A stretch of DNA of 24,000 bases, taken from the NCBI GenBank assembly GCA_002718655.1, contig PBFM01000008.1:10778-34777 (forward strand), written 5' to 3'. The position numbers were made by a program, and so were the translations under genes. The stretch is from Fidelibacterota bacterium. GTDB lineage: Bacteria > Fidelibacterota > Marinisomatia > Marinisomatales > UBA1611. The notes below the pieces were generated by a model. That model was not told the origin of the DNA, ran no database searches, and was given only the letters and a program-made list of their open reading frames with translations. How positions within the stretch are numbered: the stretch's first letter is position 1; the number at the start of each line of letters is the position of its first letter. Shown one piece after another: positions 1 to 9,504 of this stretch.

Positions 1-153
1 TTCTGTGAATATAGTAAGGAGGAAAGTAACGAAGAGTATAACTTTTTTATCAATGCCAAAATAAAAAGCTGTCAGGATAACTGAAAACGCAAAGAACCAG
101 ATAAAAATTTTGTTCTTATATGTTTTTAATATTGAGATGTTGGATAAATTCAT
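1..153 (-). CDS. Partial (N-terminal 51 codons) hypothetical membrane protein; the gene continues beyond the left edge
   Basis: ATG at 153-151 on the minus strand. My own translation is MNLSNISILKTYKNKIFIWFFAFSVILTAFYFGIDKKVILFVTFLLTIFTE, with no stop before position 1. Two hydrophobic stretches. Same strand as the upstream genes. Not in the ORF track because it is truncated. Confidence 0.3.
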   Translation of the reverse strand, partial: MNLSNISILKTYKNKIFIWFFAFSVILTAFYFGIDKKVILFVTFLLTIFTE

Positions 154-185
154 AAAAAAATTAATTAACAATCCTTGATGGATAA

Positions 186-584
186 TTAGTCTTTTTGATA
201 TTTCAAGATGGTACTATACCCATAGTACTCTTTTGTTTCTTCTTCATTTGTTACGATTGTTAAGCTTTTTCCAGTTATTTCATAGCGACCGTAGGTTGTG
301 TCAGAATCTACGATAATAGCTACATTTGTTTCATCTGCATACCATACCCCTTTACCTGTCTTGTTTATTCCATCATTCAATACATCAAAAATGATTAATC
401 CATTTTTTTTAAACTCTAAGGATTCAATGTTTTTATCATCTTTATAAAGTATGGTTATTTCTTCTCTTTTACCTTTCGTAATTGTTGTCATTGATTCGAA
501 GAGCCAGAATCCTAGAATTTGCGAAGGCTTTTGAGGAAACAGCAAAGATATAAAGTAGACTAATAAGATAGAATAATTTCTCAT
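186..584 (-). CDS. Small secreted or membrane-anchored protein, lipocalin-like (beta-rich) domain; function unknown
   Basis: 132 aa ORF with ATG at 584. Hydrophobic N-terminus (ILLVYFISLLF) followed by the GFWLFES motif typical of lipocalin-like (Lipocalin_4-type) domains. Alternating beta-strand-like pattern. Lies 34 nt downstream of the DUF3108-like gene on the same strand. Confidence 0.5.
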   Translation of the reverse strand: MRNYSILLVYFISLLFPQKPSQILGFWLFESMTTITKGKREEITILYKDDKNIESLEFKKNGLIIFDVLNDGINKTGKGVWYADETNVAIIVDSDTTYGRYEITGKSLTIVTNEEETKEYYGYSTILKYQKD

Positions 585-618
585 TTCAGGATAAGAAAAT
601 CATATTCTAAAGTAAAGT

Positions 619-1311
619 TTAATCATCGATGATTTGTCCAACTACCGTAAAAAAATCAAATTGGTATTTTGCCAATACTATCTGCCTTGGTTCTGATGTT
701 GATATCCATAATTCTCTAACACCTGTTGGACTTATTATGTTGTTCATAAAATAATCACTATTTTTAACATTATGAGTTGTATCGTTAATAATAATATCAA
801 ATCTAAAATGGTCACACAAAACTGAGTCTTTTCCTCTTAAAACGTTGGATGTTTCCGACCATAAAAAACGAGCCTTACCCGTATTGCCTTCATGTTCAAA
901 CTCAAACCATTTTGTGTCTAGCTCATCTTTTTCTTTTTCTGAGGCCATCGCTAGCATTGTAAAAACATTATGAGTTGGTGTTTGGGTATTGATTTTTTTA
1001 TCATCATAAATGATATGTCCGTTTGAATCAATTTTCCCGGATAAGGAAGAACGATTATTTCCTTGGTAAATAGTTTTTTCCCAACTTTTTAATGAATAAT
1101 CTTCTGAATCATATCTTGCGCTATACGTATTATTGGTCGGCCACAGAAAATCAACTATGCCACGGCTCTGAGCGGAAAACCTGATCTCATCATCTTTGTT
1201 TTTTATAGAAACATCTGCGATATGAATGCCCCAAAGAGAAATCGAATATTCTTGTGCGAACAAATTCAAAGAGAATAATAGGTGAAAAAAAAATACTTTT
1301 AAGTTTTCCAT
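619..1311 (-). CDS. DUF3108-like secreted protein (hypothetical)
   Basis: The ORF track gives 619-1377. I prefer the ATG at 1311 (MENLKVFFFHLLFSLNLFAQE...), which yields a signal-peptide-like N-terminus and a 13-nt overlap with the upstream GT2 stop instead of a 79-nt overlap. Beta-rich sequence beginning YSISLWGIHIADVSI resembles DUF3108 family proteins. This is recognition by eye only. Confidence 0.5.
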   Translation of the reverse strand: MENLKVFFFHLLFSLNLFAQEYSISLWGIHIADVSIKNKDDEIRFSAQSRGIVDFLWPTNNTYSARYDSEDYSLKSWEKTIYQGNNRSSLSGKIDSNGHIIYDDKKINTQTPTHNVFTMLAMASEKEKDELDTKWFEFEHEGNTGKARFLWSETSNVLRGKDSVLCDHFRFDIIINDTTHNVKNSDYFMNNIISPTGVRELWISTSEPRQIVLAKYQFDFFTVVGQIIDD

Positions 1312-2390
1312 GTGTATTTCCCTCGCAAACCTAACAATCCAATAACTGGTATGTAAATTGGTTGAAAAATGGCCCAAAAAAGATAACCTATTACGCTTGT
1401 TCTAACGCTGAACAACTTGCAACCAAGAAATATAACCAATCCATCAAAAAACAGTTTAATGCAAAACATTATAATCCAAGATTTCATCAATAGTGCAAAT
1501 AATAATATTAGAGAATTGTAAATTAGAACTATTGATAGAAAACCAAAAAACAAAGGCGCTTTTCTAAAATTAATTTTAGCGTTGGAAGACCAGCGTATCC
1601 TTTGATTTAAAAAACCTTTCAATGTTCCCATAGATGAAGTATTTACAAAAGAATTTGGATCTAGTTGTATGTACCCACCTTTTATTTTTGATATTTCTTG
1701 AACTAGATACATATCATCTCCTGATACACGATCATTTACTTTAGTAAAGCCTTCAATCGTAAAAAAATCTCTTTTATAAAATGCTAAATTTTGTCCAGTT
1801 CCTGACCAAAACTGCTCCCATCCTGCAGCACCCGCATTTGAAAAAATAATACTCATGAAATCGATACGTTGAAATTCTTCGAATAAGGTACCAAATTCAT
1901 TTTGAACTTGTGAAAAACCAATGGTAATGCAATCTTGGCGTACTACACTGTAAGCCATACTTGCAGTCCAAAGTTTTCCAACTCTACAGTCTGCGTCAGT
2001 TAACAAAATTATTTCTCCCGACGATTTTTCTATTCCATGAGTTAAGGCATTTTTCTTCGGAGATAGATTATCTGGTATGTCTTTTATGTTTACTGTTTTT
2101 ATGAAAGCATAATTTTCAATCGCAGTATTTATTATTGAAAGGGTTTCATCTTCCGACCTGTCATTCACTATTATGATTTCTAACTTGTCAACTGGATATT
2201 CTTGGGAAACTAAATCTTCTATAAGATTACCTATGTATTCTTCTTCATTTCTAGCTGCAATTATAATAGATACACTTGGAAGAGTATCATATGAAGATAC
2301 AGGTAATAAATTGTGTTTAAATAATCCAGTTATCACAAAAACAATTGAGATAATATAAAGTATTATTGAGACGAAAATCAAAATTGACAT
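1299..2390 (-). CDS. Membrane-embedded family 2 glycosyltransferase of the processive type (QxxRW motif)
   Basis: GT-A motifs IIIAARNEE, VNDRSEDET, LLTDADC (DxD) and QRIRW (the Q(Q/R)xRW motif of processive beta-glycan synthases). One N-terminal hydrophobic segment and several C-terminal ones. The ATG at 2390 lies 4 nt after the mgtE stop. The ORF track's TTG at 2420 is an alternative start. Confidence 0.85.
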   Translation of the reverse strand: MSILIFVSIILYIISIVFVITGLFKHNLLPVSSYDTLPSVSIIIAARNEEEYIGNLIEDLVSQEYPVDKLEIIIVNDRSEDETLSIINTAIENYAFIKTVNIKDIPDNLSPKKNALTHGIEKSSGEIILLTDADCRVGKLWTASMAYSVVRQDCITIGFSQVQNEFGTLFEEFQRIDFMSIIFSNAGAAGWEQFWSGTGQNLAFYKRDFFTIEGFTKVNDRVSGDDMYLVQEISKIKGGYIQLDPNSFVNTSSMGTLKGFLNQRIRWSSNAKINFRKAPLFFGFLSIVLIYNSLILLFALLMKSWIIMFCIKLFFDGLVIFLGCKLFSVRTSVIGYLFWAIFQPIYIPVIGLLGLRGKYTWKT

Positions 2391-2394
2391 ATTT

Positions 2395-3765
2395 TTATAA
2401 ATCCATAAACCATTCAGCAATCAAAAAATAGAAGAATACTCCAAGAACATCTGTGCTTGTTGTCACAAAAGGGCCTGTCGCAATTGCAGGGTCAACATCT
2501 AATTTTTTTAATAAGATTGGTGTAAGCGCACCAACTGCAGTAGCAATTAGCATAGAGGAACAAATGCTTAGTCCAATTACAACCCCAAGCATTGAATCAA
2601 GGTTCAAGAATGTAATATTTGCTAGAATGCCTAATAACAATCCATACAGTACCCCGAGAATAAGCCCAACTTGTAATTCTTTTGATAGAACTTTAAACTC
2701 ATCGCCTATTGCAATTCTCCCTGTAGCCATACCTCTTACAATTATTGTAGAGGATTGCGTACCAATATTACCTCCCATTCCAATAATTACCGGAATAAAT
2801 GAAGCAAGGGCAATAATATTTTCAATCATATGTTCAAACACACCAATTATATATGCTGCCATAACGCCACCTATCCAACTAGCAAAAAGCCAAGGTAACC
2901 GAATTTTAGCATTTTCCCAGCTTGATTTTAGAAGAATCTCCCTATCTTTACCAACACCAGCCATTTGTAGAAAGTCCTCACTAGCTTCCTCTCGAATGAC
3001 ATCTACTACGTCATCAACAGTAACAATACCCAGAAGCTGATTGTCAGTATCTACAACAGGCACTGCAAGATAGTTATACTGTGCTACAATTTGAGCTACG
3101 TCTTCTTGGTCAGTTTCTGGTCTTACTGAGTGTACCCTTTTTATCATTATATCTCTTAGTAATTTGTCAGGATGGGTTGTTGCTAATGCTCGAAGAGATG
3201 CTATTCCCACTAAAGCATCATCTTCATTTGTAATATAGAGATAGAAGACCATTTCTGCATCTTTTTGATACTGGAGCGTTCTTAGTGCATCTCCACAAGT
3301 TGTTTCTTGGTATATTGTGAAAACATCTGTTGACATCATTGCTCCAGCAGAATCTTCAGGATATCCCATTATCTCTTCAATACCCTCTTGTTCTTCTTTA
3401 TTTAGGAGATCAATAACTGATTTAGCCTGCTTAGGTTCCAATGCGCCAAGCAAAAAACTTTGATCATTTGTAGGCGCATTCTGAATTAAATTTGCTATAC
3501 GTTCAGGATGTTCGATGTTTAATAATTTTTCAATAATAGTATCATCCAAGTTGATTAAGAACTCTAGTGTATGATTATCATTTTTCATTAGGTTAAAAAC
3601 CTGTATTTGCTCTTCATCATTGAAGTACCTAAAAATAACAGCTAAGTCTGCAGGGTGAGTTTTGTTAATGAGTTTTGTTAGATTTGTTTTTGCATGTCTG
3701 CGCAATAAACGCCCGAAGGTGTCCTTAAGTATGTTTATTTCATTTTTAAAAAGTTCTTTTCTCAT
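2395..3765 (-). CDS. mgtE: Magnesium transporter MgtE
   Basis: 456 aa. Helical N-domain, two CBS-like repeats (e.g. AVPVVDTDNQLLGIVTVDDVVDVIREE) and a C-terminal multi-TM domain with the GMGGNIGTQSS and ATGPFVTTSTDVLG motifs characteristic of MgtE. Confidence 0.95.
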   Translation of the reverse strand: MRKELFKNEINILKDTFGRLLRRHAKTNLTKLINKTHPADLAVIFRYFNDEEQIQVFNLMKNDNHTLEFLINLDDTIIEKLLNIEHPERIANLIQNAPTNDQSFLLGALEPKQAKSVIDLLNKEEQEGIEEIMGYPEDSAGAMMSTDVFTIYQETTCGDALRTLQYQKDAEMVFYLYITNEDDALVGIASLRALATTHPDKLLRDIMIKRVHSVRPETDQEDVAQIVAQYNYLAVPVVDTDNQLLGIVTVDDVVDVIREEASEDFLQMAGVGKDREILLKSSWENAKIRLPWLFASWIGGVMAAYIIGVFEHMIENIIALASFIPVIIGMGGNIGTQSSTIIVRGMATGRIAIGDEFKVLSKELQVGLILGVLYGLLLGILANITFLNLDSMLGVVIGLSICSSMLIATAVGALTPILLKKLDVDPAIATGPFVTTSTDVLGVFFYFLIAEWFMDL

Positions 3766-3770
3766 TGGAT

Positions 3771-4556
3771 TTAAGCTCTGTTTATACCCTTAAATCCAAA
3801 AAACAAGGCCATAAAAGCCACTATTAAGAACAAAGGGGAAACATGGCCATTAAGAATATAAAATCCATTATCTTCTATGCTTGTAACCGAAAAAAGTAGT
3901 GCGGTTGTATTATTTAAACTGTGAAGAATTAGGGCAGGTATGACCGAATTTGTTTTCCAAGCTAAAAAACCAAGAATGATTCCTAAAGCATATATCTGGA
4001 TAAACCAATAAGGATTCATGTGTATAATAGAAAAAAATAAAGCAGTGACTAAAACAGCATGCGTGACATCTTTCCAATGATCTTCAAGTATCTGTTGAAA
4101 AAACCCTCTAAATAAAAATTCTTCACCAAGTGGTGCAACTACCGAAACTGCTGTAAATAATAAAATAAAACCAAAAAATGTTTCGGGATTTAATAGGCCA
4201 TTTAAATCCAAAATATATTCTGGTGCGGGCACAAATATTTGGACTATTCTGTCAAATTCATCTGAAATTATTATTATTCCAATTGATAATAAAACTGTAC
4301 TAACCAATTCGTTTTTTGTTATCTTATTTAATCTTAGCCTTTTGACAAATGATTCTTTTTTTCGTTGAAGGAACCAAATTAGAGGAATTAACATAAATGT
4401 CTGTCCAATAATAAAAGAAATAAATGTATAATGCTGTTGATTGGATTCAGGATTAGATAAGCCTATTCCAAGAATTATTGATCCAGAAAAAAATGCTGCT
4501 AATAATGATGTTAATACAATAACAAAAGCAGTTTTAATACTTAAATTACTTTTCAT
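3771..4556 (-). CDS. CPBP (CAAX/Abi) family intramembrane metalloprotease
   Basis: Polytopic membrane protein carrying the three CPBP motifs: EEFLFRG (EExxxR), FFSIIH (FxxxH) and HSLNN (HxxxN). Only 5 nt separate it from the mgtE start. Confidence 0.85.
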   Translation of the reverse strand: MKSNLSIKTAFVIVLTSLLAAFFSGSIILGIGLSNPESNQQHYTFISFIIGQTFMLIPLIWFLQRKKESFVKRLRLNKITKNELVSTVLLSIGIIIISDEFDRIVQIFVPAPEYILDLNGLLNPETFFGFILLFTAVSVVAPLGEEFLFRGFFQQILEDHWKDVTHAVLVTALFFSIIHMNPYWFIQIYALGIILGFLAWKTNSVIPALILHSLNNTTALLFSVTSIEDNGFYILNGHVSPLFLIVAFMALFFGFKGINRA

Positions 4557-4637
4557 AACAAACTTTTTTCATTTTTTAAAATTTTCGCAACACCGTAATT
4601 GATTTAATTTATAAAGCTCTAGTTATCTAAAAGAATA

Positions 4638-5405
4638 TTAATTTTTTAAAGACATAGCATACATAAACACAGTTGCTGCGGAAGCGACATTTAATGACTC
4701 TCCATATCCAAAGCTGTTAATTGAAACAAAATCATCAATAATTCTTTGATTTTTTGAAGAAATACCATGTGCCTCATTACCAAAAACAAGCACCAGCTTT
4801 TTTGGAAAAATAAAGGTTGATAAGTCTTCACCTTTGACTGACGCTGAGATTAGTTGGTGGGTACCGATGAATTTTTCCAACTTAATATCGTAGTGTATAT
4901 TTATTGCGAAATGAGCACCCATTGATGATCTAATGGTTTTTGGATTGTACGGATCAGAAGAATTTGGTGAAAGAGCAATGTTGTTAATTCCAAACCAAGC
5001 AGCAGAACGAAAAATAGTTCCTAAATTTCCAGGATCTCGAATGTTGTCTAAATATACCCACTTGTTTTTATTAAAATTTACTTTCTTTTGTTTCTTTATG
5101 TGGCAAACAGCAGCAATACCTGCTGGAGTTGTTGTTGACGATATCTTTTTAAATTCTTGTTCAGATATGATTTTAAGCCTAGACCTATCAATGTTTTGAA
5201 AAACTTCCCAATCTATATTCTTTTCAAAAAAACTATCTGTACAAAAAACAAACTGAATTTCACCATTCCAATCTGTTGCTGATTGAATAATTCGTTTTCC
5301 CTCAATGAGGTATTTATTATAGTTTTTTCTGTATTTTCTTTTTTTCAGTGATTCAATTTCTTTTATCGTTAAGATGTGCATTTTATTTTTATTGCTTGTC
5401 CTCAT
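4638..5405 (-). CDS. SpoU/TrmH-family RNA 2'-O-methyltransferase (RlmB-like)
   Basis: SPOUT motifs LDNIRDPGNLGTIFRSAAWFG, LVFGNEAHGIS and SLNVASAATV. Start is ambiguous: TTG at 5423 (ORF track), ATG at 5405 (chosen) or ATG at 5381. Confidence 0.85.
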   Translation of the reverse strand: MRTSNKNKMHILTIKEIESLKKRKYRKNYNKYLIEGKRIIQSATDWNGEIQFVFCTDSFFEKNIDWEVFQNIDRSRLKIISEQEFKKISSTTTPAGIAAVCHIKKQKKVNFNKNKWVYLDNIRDPGNLGTIFRSAAWFGINNIALSPNSSDPYNPKTIRSSMGAHFAINIHYDIKLEKFIGTHQLISASVKGEDLSTFIFPKKLVLVFGNEAHGISSKNQRIIDDFVSINSFGYGESLNVASAATVFMYAMSLKN

Positions 5406-5524
5406 TTGGTAAAATCTGTTCAAAGATGTAGTTCATTCAAAGTATAGAATTAGTAATAATTCTACTTTTGCATACTATGTTATGGCAGGTAATTTTAATG
5501 AATGTTCTCACAAAAATTATTTCC

Positions 5525-6991
5525 ATGAAAAAGGGATTGCCAGATATTAAAAAAGATTTTTCCGCATGGTATACTCAAGTAGTAAACCGTGCTGGGCTTG
5601 CTGATTATGGCCCAGTAAAAGGTACTATGGTTATAAAGCCTTACGGATATCAATTATGGGAAAACATAAAAGAGATATTTGACAAAATGATAAAAGACTC
5701 TGGGCATGTCAATGCTTATTTTCCTCTTTTCATTCCTAAGTCTTTCTTGGCAAAAGAAGCAGAACATATTGAAGGCTTTGCAAAAGAATGTGCAGTTGTA
5801 ACGCACACGAGATTAAAATCTGATGATGGGCAAGGTGTTATTGTAGACCCAGAATCCAAACTTGATGAAGAAATCATTGTACGCCCAACTTCTGAAACTG
5901 TGATTTGGTCAATGTATAAAAAGTGGATACAGTCTCATAGAGATCTTCCCCTGCTTATTAATCAGTGGGCGAATGTTGTTAGGTGGGAAATGCGAACCCG
6001 ACTATTTCTACGCACGAGTGAATTTTTATGGCAAGAAGGGCATACTGCACACGAGACTTCTGAAGAAGCAAAAAAAGAGACCTTAGAGATTTTAGAACAA
6101 TATAGGTGCTTAGCAGAGAACTATTTAGCCATACCTGTTTTTACAGGATTAAAAACTGAATCAGAAAAATTTGCAGGTGCAGAACTTACCTATTGTATTG
6201 AAGCTATGATGGGTGATAAAAGAGCTCTTCAGGCTGGGACGTCGCATTATTTGGGTCAAAACTTTGCTAAAGCTTTTAATGTTACTTTTCAAACAAAAGA
6301 TAACAAGGAAGAATTTGTATGGGCAACTAGCTGGGGTGTAAGCACTCGCCTAATTGGAGCAGTTATCCTTACACACGGAGATGAAAAAGGTCTCCAATTG
6401 CCCCCGAAAGTTGCTCCAATTCAGGTAGTTATTGTTCCGATTGTTAAAAATGACATACAAATTAAGATGATTGAAGACTTCATTGAACCCATCCTCAAAG
6501 AATTAAAAAATAAAAAGATTAGGACGCATGTAGATTGGTCTAACAGCTCTCCCGGCTACAAGTTTAATGATTGGGAAATGAAAGGTGTTCCCATAAGGAT
6601 GGAAGTTGGGCCTAGAGATATCGAGGAAGACAAAGTTGTTCTTGTAAGGCGGGACAATAAAGAAAAGACAGTTGTAACAAAAACTGATAGCGTGAACAGG
6701 ATAGATATGTTTTTAAATGAAATCCAAAATAATTTATTTAATAAGGCATTGGCCTTTAGAAACAATAACACTCACATCGTTTCCAATTATGATGATTTTA
6801 AAAAGGTGATTAATGAAGGAGGTTTCGTTCGTTGTGGTTGGAATGGGGCAAAAGACACTGAGTCTAAGATAAAAGAGGAAACAAAAGCCACCATCAGATG
6901 CATACCCTTTGATGAGAACCCTGATGAATTAAAGTGTATAATATCGGGTGAAGTTGCAAAACACGAGGTTATTTTTGCTAAAGCGTATTAG
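5525..6991 (+). CDS. proS: Prolyl-tRNA synthetase, archaeal/eukaryote-like type
   Basis: N-terminus [33 protein letters not shown]. Class II motifs [24 protein letters not shown] and [14 protein letters not shown]. No bacterial INS editing insertion. The C-terminal extension ends in the conserved terminal Tyr (..AKAY). I prefer the ATG at 5525 over the ORF-track TTG at 5468, because the extra 19 aa are not part of the conserved ProRS N-terminus. Confidence 0.95.
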   Translation: MKKGLPDIKKDFSAWYTQVVNRAGLADYGPVKGTMVIKPYGYQLWENIKEIFDKMIKDSGHVNAYFPLFIPKSFLAKEAEHIEGFAKECAVVTHTRLKSDDGQGVIVDPESKLDEEIIVRPTSETVIWSMYKKWIQSHRDLPLLINQWANVVRWEMRTRLFLRTSEFLWQEGHTAHETSEEAKKETLEILEQYRCLAENYLAIPVFTGLKTESEKFAGAELTYCIEAMMGDKRALQAGTSHYLGQNFAKAFNVTFQTKDNKEEFVWATSWGVSTRLIGAVILTHGDEKGLQLPPKVAPIQVVIVPIVKNDIQIKMIEDFIEPILKELKNKKIRTHVDWSNSSPGYKFNDWEMKGVPIRMEVGPRDIEEDKVVLVRRDNKEKTVVTKTDSVNRIDMFLNEIQNNLFNKALAFRNNNTHIVSNYDDFKKVINEGGFVRCGWNGAKDTESKIKEETKATIRCIPFDENPDELKCIISGEVAKHEVIFAKAY

Positions 6992-7003
6992 CCATTCAGT
7001 CCG

Positions 7004-7705
7004 ATGTTAGTCAACACTCCAGCAATTGTTCTTAAATCTTTTCCATATGGAGACACATCTTTGATATCTAGGTGTTTTTCAAAGGACAGAGGAAAAATAA
7101 GTTTAATTATTAAAGGCGCGAGGAGTAAAAGGTCAAATAAGGCAGCACATTTTCAACCACTAAGCTATATTGACATCATATATAATCATAAACAAAATCG
7201 CGAACTACACTTATTGTCAAAGGTTAACTACAAAGAGTATTGGCCGGGAATAATTTCTAAATTACACACTGTTACCTTAGCTATGTCTTTGCTTGAATTG
7301 ACAGAAAAAACTCTTTCTTTCGATGATCCACACCCCCAGTTATTTTATACTTTAAGAGATGTTTTAAAAAAATTCAATTCTGAAAACTCTGATCCCAATT
7401 TATTGTTTTGGTTCTATGAATGTGCTTTGTTGTCTCATTTAGGTTTTCGGCCAAGTTTAGAAAATGATAAATTTCCAGGTCTAGACTTGCCTGACTTAAA
7501 GGAGGGTTCTAATACCTTTGCTATTTTAGCAAGTTTATTATCTGGTGAGCTTAGTAATCTCCCGCCTGAGACACCCACAATAAAAGATCGTAAAATAATA
7601 AGTGAATATTTATGGATGTTGTTATGCTACCACTTTGATGGTTTAAATAATGTAAAATTCATTGAAGTAACAAAATCGATACTTTCAGTAAAAACCCAAA
7701 AGTAA
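7004..7705 (+). CDS. recO: DNA repair protein RecO
   Basis: 233 aa. N-terminal OB-fold signature AIVLKSFPYGDTSLISRCFSKDRGKISLIIKGARS. Size and layout are typical of RecO. Begins 12 nt after the proS stop. Confidence 0.85.
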   Translation: MLVNTPAIVLKSFPYGDTSLISRCFSKDRGKISLIIKGARSKRSNKAAHFQPLSYIDIIYNHKQNRELHLLSKVNYKEYWPGIISKLHTVTLAMSLLELTEKTLSFDDPHPQLFYTLRDVLKKFNSENSDPNLLFWFYECALLSHLGFRPSLENDKFPGLDLPDLKEGSNTFAILASLLSGELSNLPPETPTIKDRKIISEYLWMLLCYHFDGLNNVKFIEVTKSILSVKTQK

Positions 7706-7756
7706 AAAATGCTATTACTATTAACACATGATCTTATTATGTATATTTATTGAAAT

Positions 7757-8584
7757 ATGAAATATCAATTTCAAACTAATCCAGGAGATTATTCTTACAC
7801 GCCTAACTCCAATGCCACCGCAATTAAAATTTTGGTATCTATAAATTTTGGTATTTTCTTGTTACAAGCTCTTTCTAAATCTGAGCGTCTATTTTTTCCA
7901 CTGTTCGGTTTGGTGCCAAAGCTAGTTTGGTCTGATTTAATGATTTGGCAGCCCTTTACTTATATGTTTTTTCATGGTGGAGTTTGGCATGTTTTGATTA
8001 ATATGTTCGTATTGTGGATGTTTGGTAGTGAATTAGAACGAGTCTGGGGCAGAGATAGATTTTTAAAATTCTTTTTTATAACCGGAGTTGGCTCTGGTCT
8101 AATAACTATGTTGTTCAGTTTACAATCCATGACACCGGTTGTCGGAGCAAGTGGGTCAGTTTATGGAGTTTTACTTGCTTATGGCCTTACTTATCCTAAT
8201 CGAAGAGTGTATCTATATGGTATTATACCAATTAAGTCAATTTGGTTTGTTTTTGGCATTGGGCTTATGGCTTTTCTATCGTCTTTTAATAACATTTCTG
8301 AAATTAGTCATTTAACACACATTTCTGGTATGCTGATTGGTTATTTATTATTAAAAAAGCCTATAAACTGGACTAGTCTTTGGTTTAGCATGAGAAAAAG
8401 AACACTAGAGTATAGAGTTATGAAAGAAGAAAAAAAGTTAGTAGAAAAAAACAAAATAGAGAATGACGTAAATAAAATTTTGGATAAAATAAATAGAGAA
8501 GGCTATGATAGTCTTACAGAAAACGAAGCTGAGCGACTATATAAAGGCAGTCAAGCACTATCACATAATAAGAAAAAGAATTAA
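7757..8584 (+). CDS. Rhomboid-family intramembrane serine protease with a charged C-terminal extension
   Basis: Motifs WHVLINMF (HxxxN), catalytic GASGSVYGVL (GxSG) and a downstream His in HISGMLIGY. About six hydrophobic segments. The roughly 70 aa Lys/Glu-rich tail contains ILDKINREGYDSLTENEAERL. Confidence 0.85.
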   Translation: MKYQFQTNPGDYSYTPNSNATAIKILVSINFGIFLLQALSKSERLFFPLFGLVPKLVWSDLMIWQPFTYMFFHGGVWHVLINMFVLWMFGSELERVWGRDRFLKFFFITGVGSGLITMLFSLQSMTPVVGASGSVYGVLLAYGLTYPNRRVYLYGIIPIKSIWFVFGIGLMAFLSSFNNISEISHLTHISGMLIGYLLLKKPINWTSLWFSMRKRTLEYRVMKEEKKLVEKNKIENDVNKILDKINREGYDSLTENEAERLYKGSQALSHNKKKN

Positions 8585-8631
8585 CTTTACTATGTAAGCA
8601 AAACACTAATAAGACTAAAGAAGATAAATTA

Positions 8632-9471
8632 ATGAGTGAGACAAAAAGTACAACAGATTTAGGAACCATAATTGGCCTTGGTGCTGGAATAGCAATAATT
8701 GTATTAGGTATTGTACAAGGAGAGGGGCAATTAGTTTGGTTTTTTAATTTGAATTCATTACTAATCGTTGTAGGAGGAACCTTTGCTGCAACAATGGTTA
8801 ACTTACCCCTTAAGGCTGTATCAAATACCTTTAGCATATTAAAAAATGTATTTAAGGGGGAAGACCATGATTATGATAGTATCATTGAGGAAATTGTTCA
8901 AAAAGCAACAAAGGCAAGGAAAGATGGCTTGCTATCATTAGAATCTGATTTGTCTAATATGCGAGAAGGATTTTTTAAAAATGGTATAGAGCTAGCAATA
9001 AATGAAAGAGATGCTAAGCGACTTAGGACATTCTTAAATCTTGAAATGAATAATATTCAAAGTAGACACCTTGCTGGTCAAGAATTATTTCTTTATATGG
9101 CCTCCTACGCGCCTGCATTTGGAATGTTAGGTACTGTGCTTGGATTAATAATTATGATGAATAACTTTTCATCAGGTGATGAATCGGCTGCTGGTGCAAG
9201 TTTTAATGTTTCAGAGAGATTTGCTGAGTTGTTATCTGGAATGGGTCTTGCACTCATTACAACATTTTACGGAGTATTTTTTGCTAATATGATGTTTCTT
9301 CCAATTGGTGGCAAGTTAAAAAGACGGTCTGAAAACGAAATGATGTTGAAAAACATTGTAGTTGAAGGTATCATTAGTATTCACGCTAGAGAGCATCCCA
9401 TATTAATCCGGGAAAAATTAATGACATTTGTACCTTCTCAATATAGATATAATTCTAATGAAGACAAGTAA
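8632..9471 (+). CDS. motA: MotA/PomA-type stator proton-channel protein (MotA/TolQ/ExbB superfamily)
   Basis: 279 aa. N-terminus DLGTIIGLGAGIAIIVLGIVQGEG resembles flagellar MotA/PomA. Long cytoplasmic loop. C-terminal TM pair has Pro-containing motifs YAPAFGMLGTVLGLI and FANMMFLPIGGKL. Confidence 0.8.
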   Translation: MSETKSTTDLGTIIGLGAGIAIIVLGIVQGEGQLVWFFNLNSLLIVVGGTFAATMVNLPLKAVSNTFSILKNVFKGEDHDYDSIIEEIVQKATKARKDGLLSLESDLSNMREGFFKNGIELAINERDAKRLRTFLNLEMNNIQSRHLAGQELFLYMASYAPAFGMLGTVLGLIIMMNNFSSGDESAAGASFNVSERFAELLSGMGLALITTFYGVFFANMMFLPIGGKLKRRSENEMMLKNIVVEGIISIHAREHPILIREKLMTFVPSQYRYNSNEDK

Positions 9472-9504
9472 ACAATAGATTCAATAAAAAGATAATAATA
9501 TTCC

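Noticed and set aside
2453-3040. 195-aa ORF antisense to mgtE, plus the 61-aa ORF at 2173-2358 antisense to the GT2 gene
   Set aside because: Both are shadow ORFs inside strongly supported genes and have no recognisable motifs.
5468-5524. 19-aa N-terminal extension of proS from a TTG start. Similar extensions occur at 1312-1377 (DUF3108-like), 15452-15496 (GT-B-like) and 2391-2420 (GT2).
   Set aside because: The downstream ATG starts match conserved protein N-termini or create the compact stop/start junctions seen elsewhere in the window. The longer forms add non-conserved residues and large gene overlaps.
8514-8837. Minus-strand ORFs overlapping or antisense to other supported genes: 8514-8837, 9438-9770, 4933-5199, 6556-6771, 10683-11046, 13719-14012, 14211-14447, 15388-15696, 16731-16958, 18786-18968, 19137-19367, 20525-20722 and 21612-21878
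   Set aside because: Each is fully or mostly embedded in a recognisable gene on the other strand. None has a start context or a motif, so I treat them as non-coding shadows.
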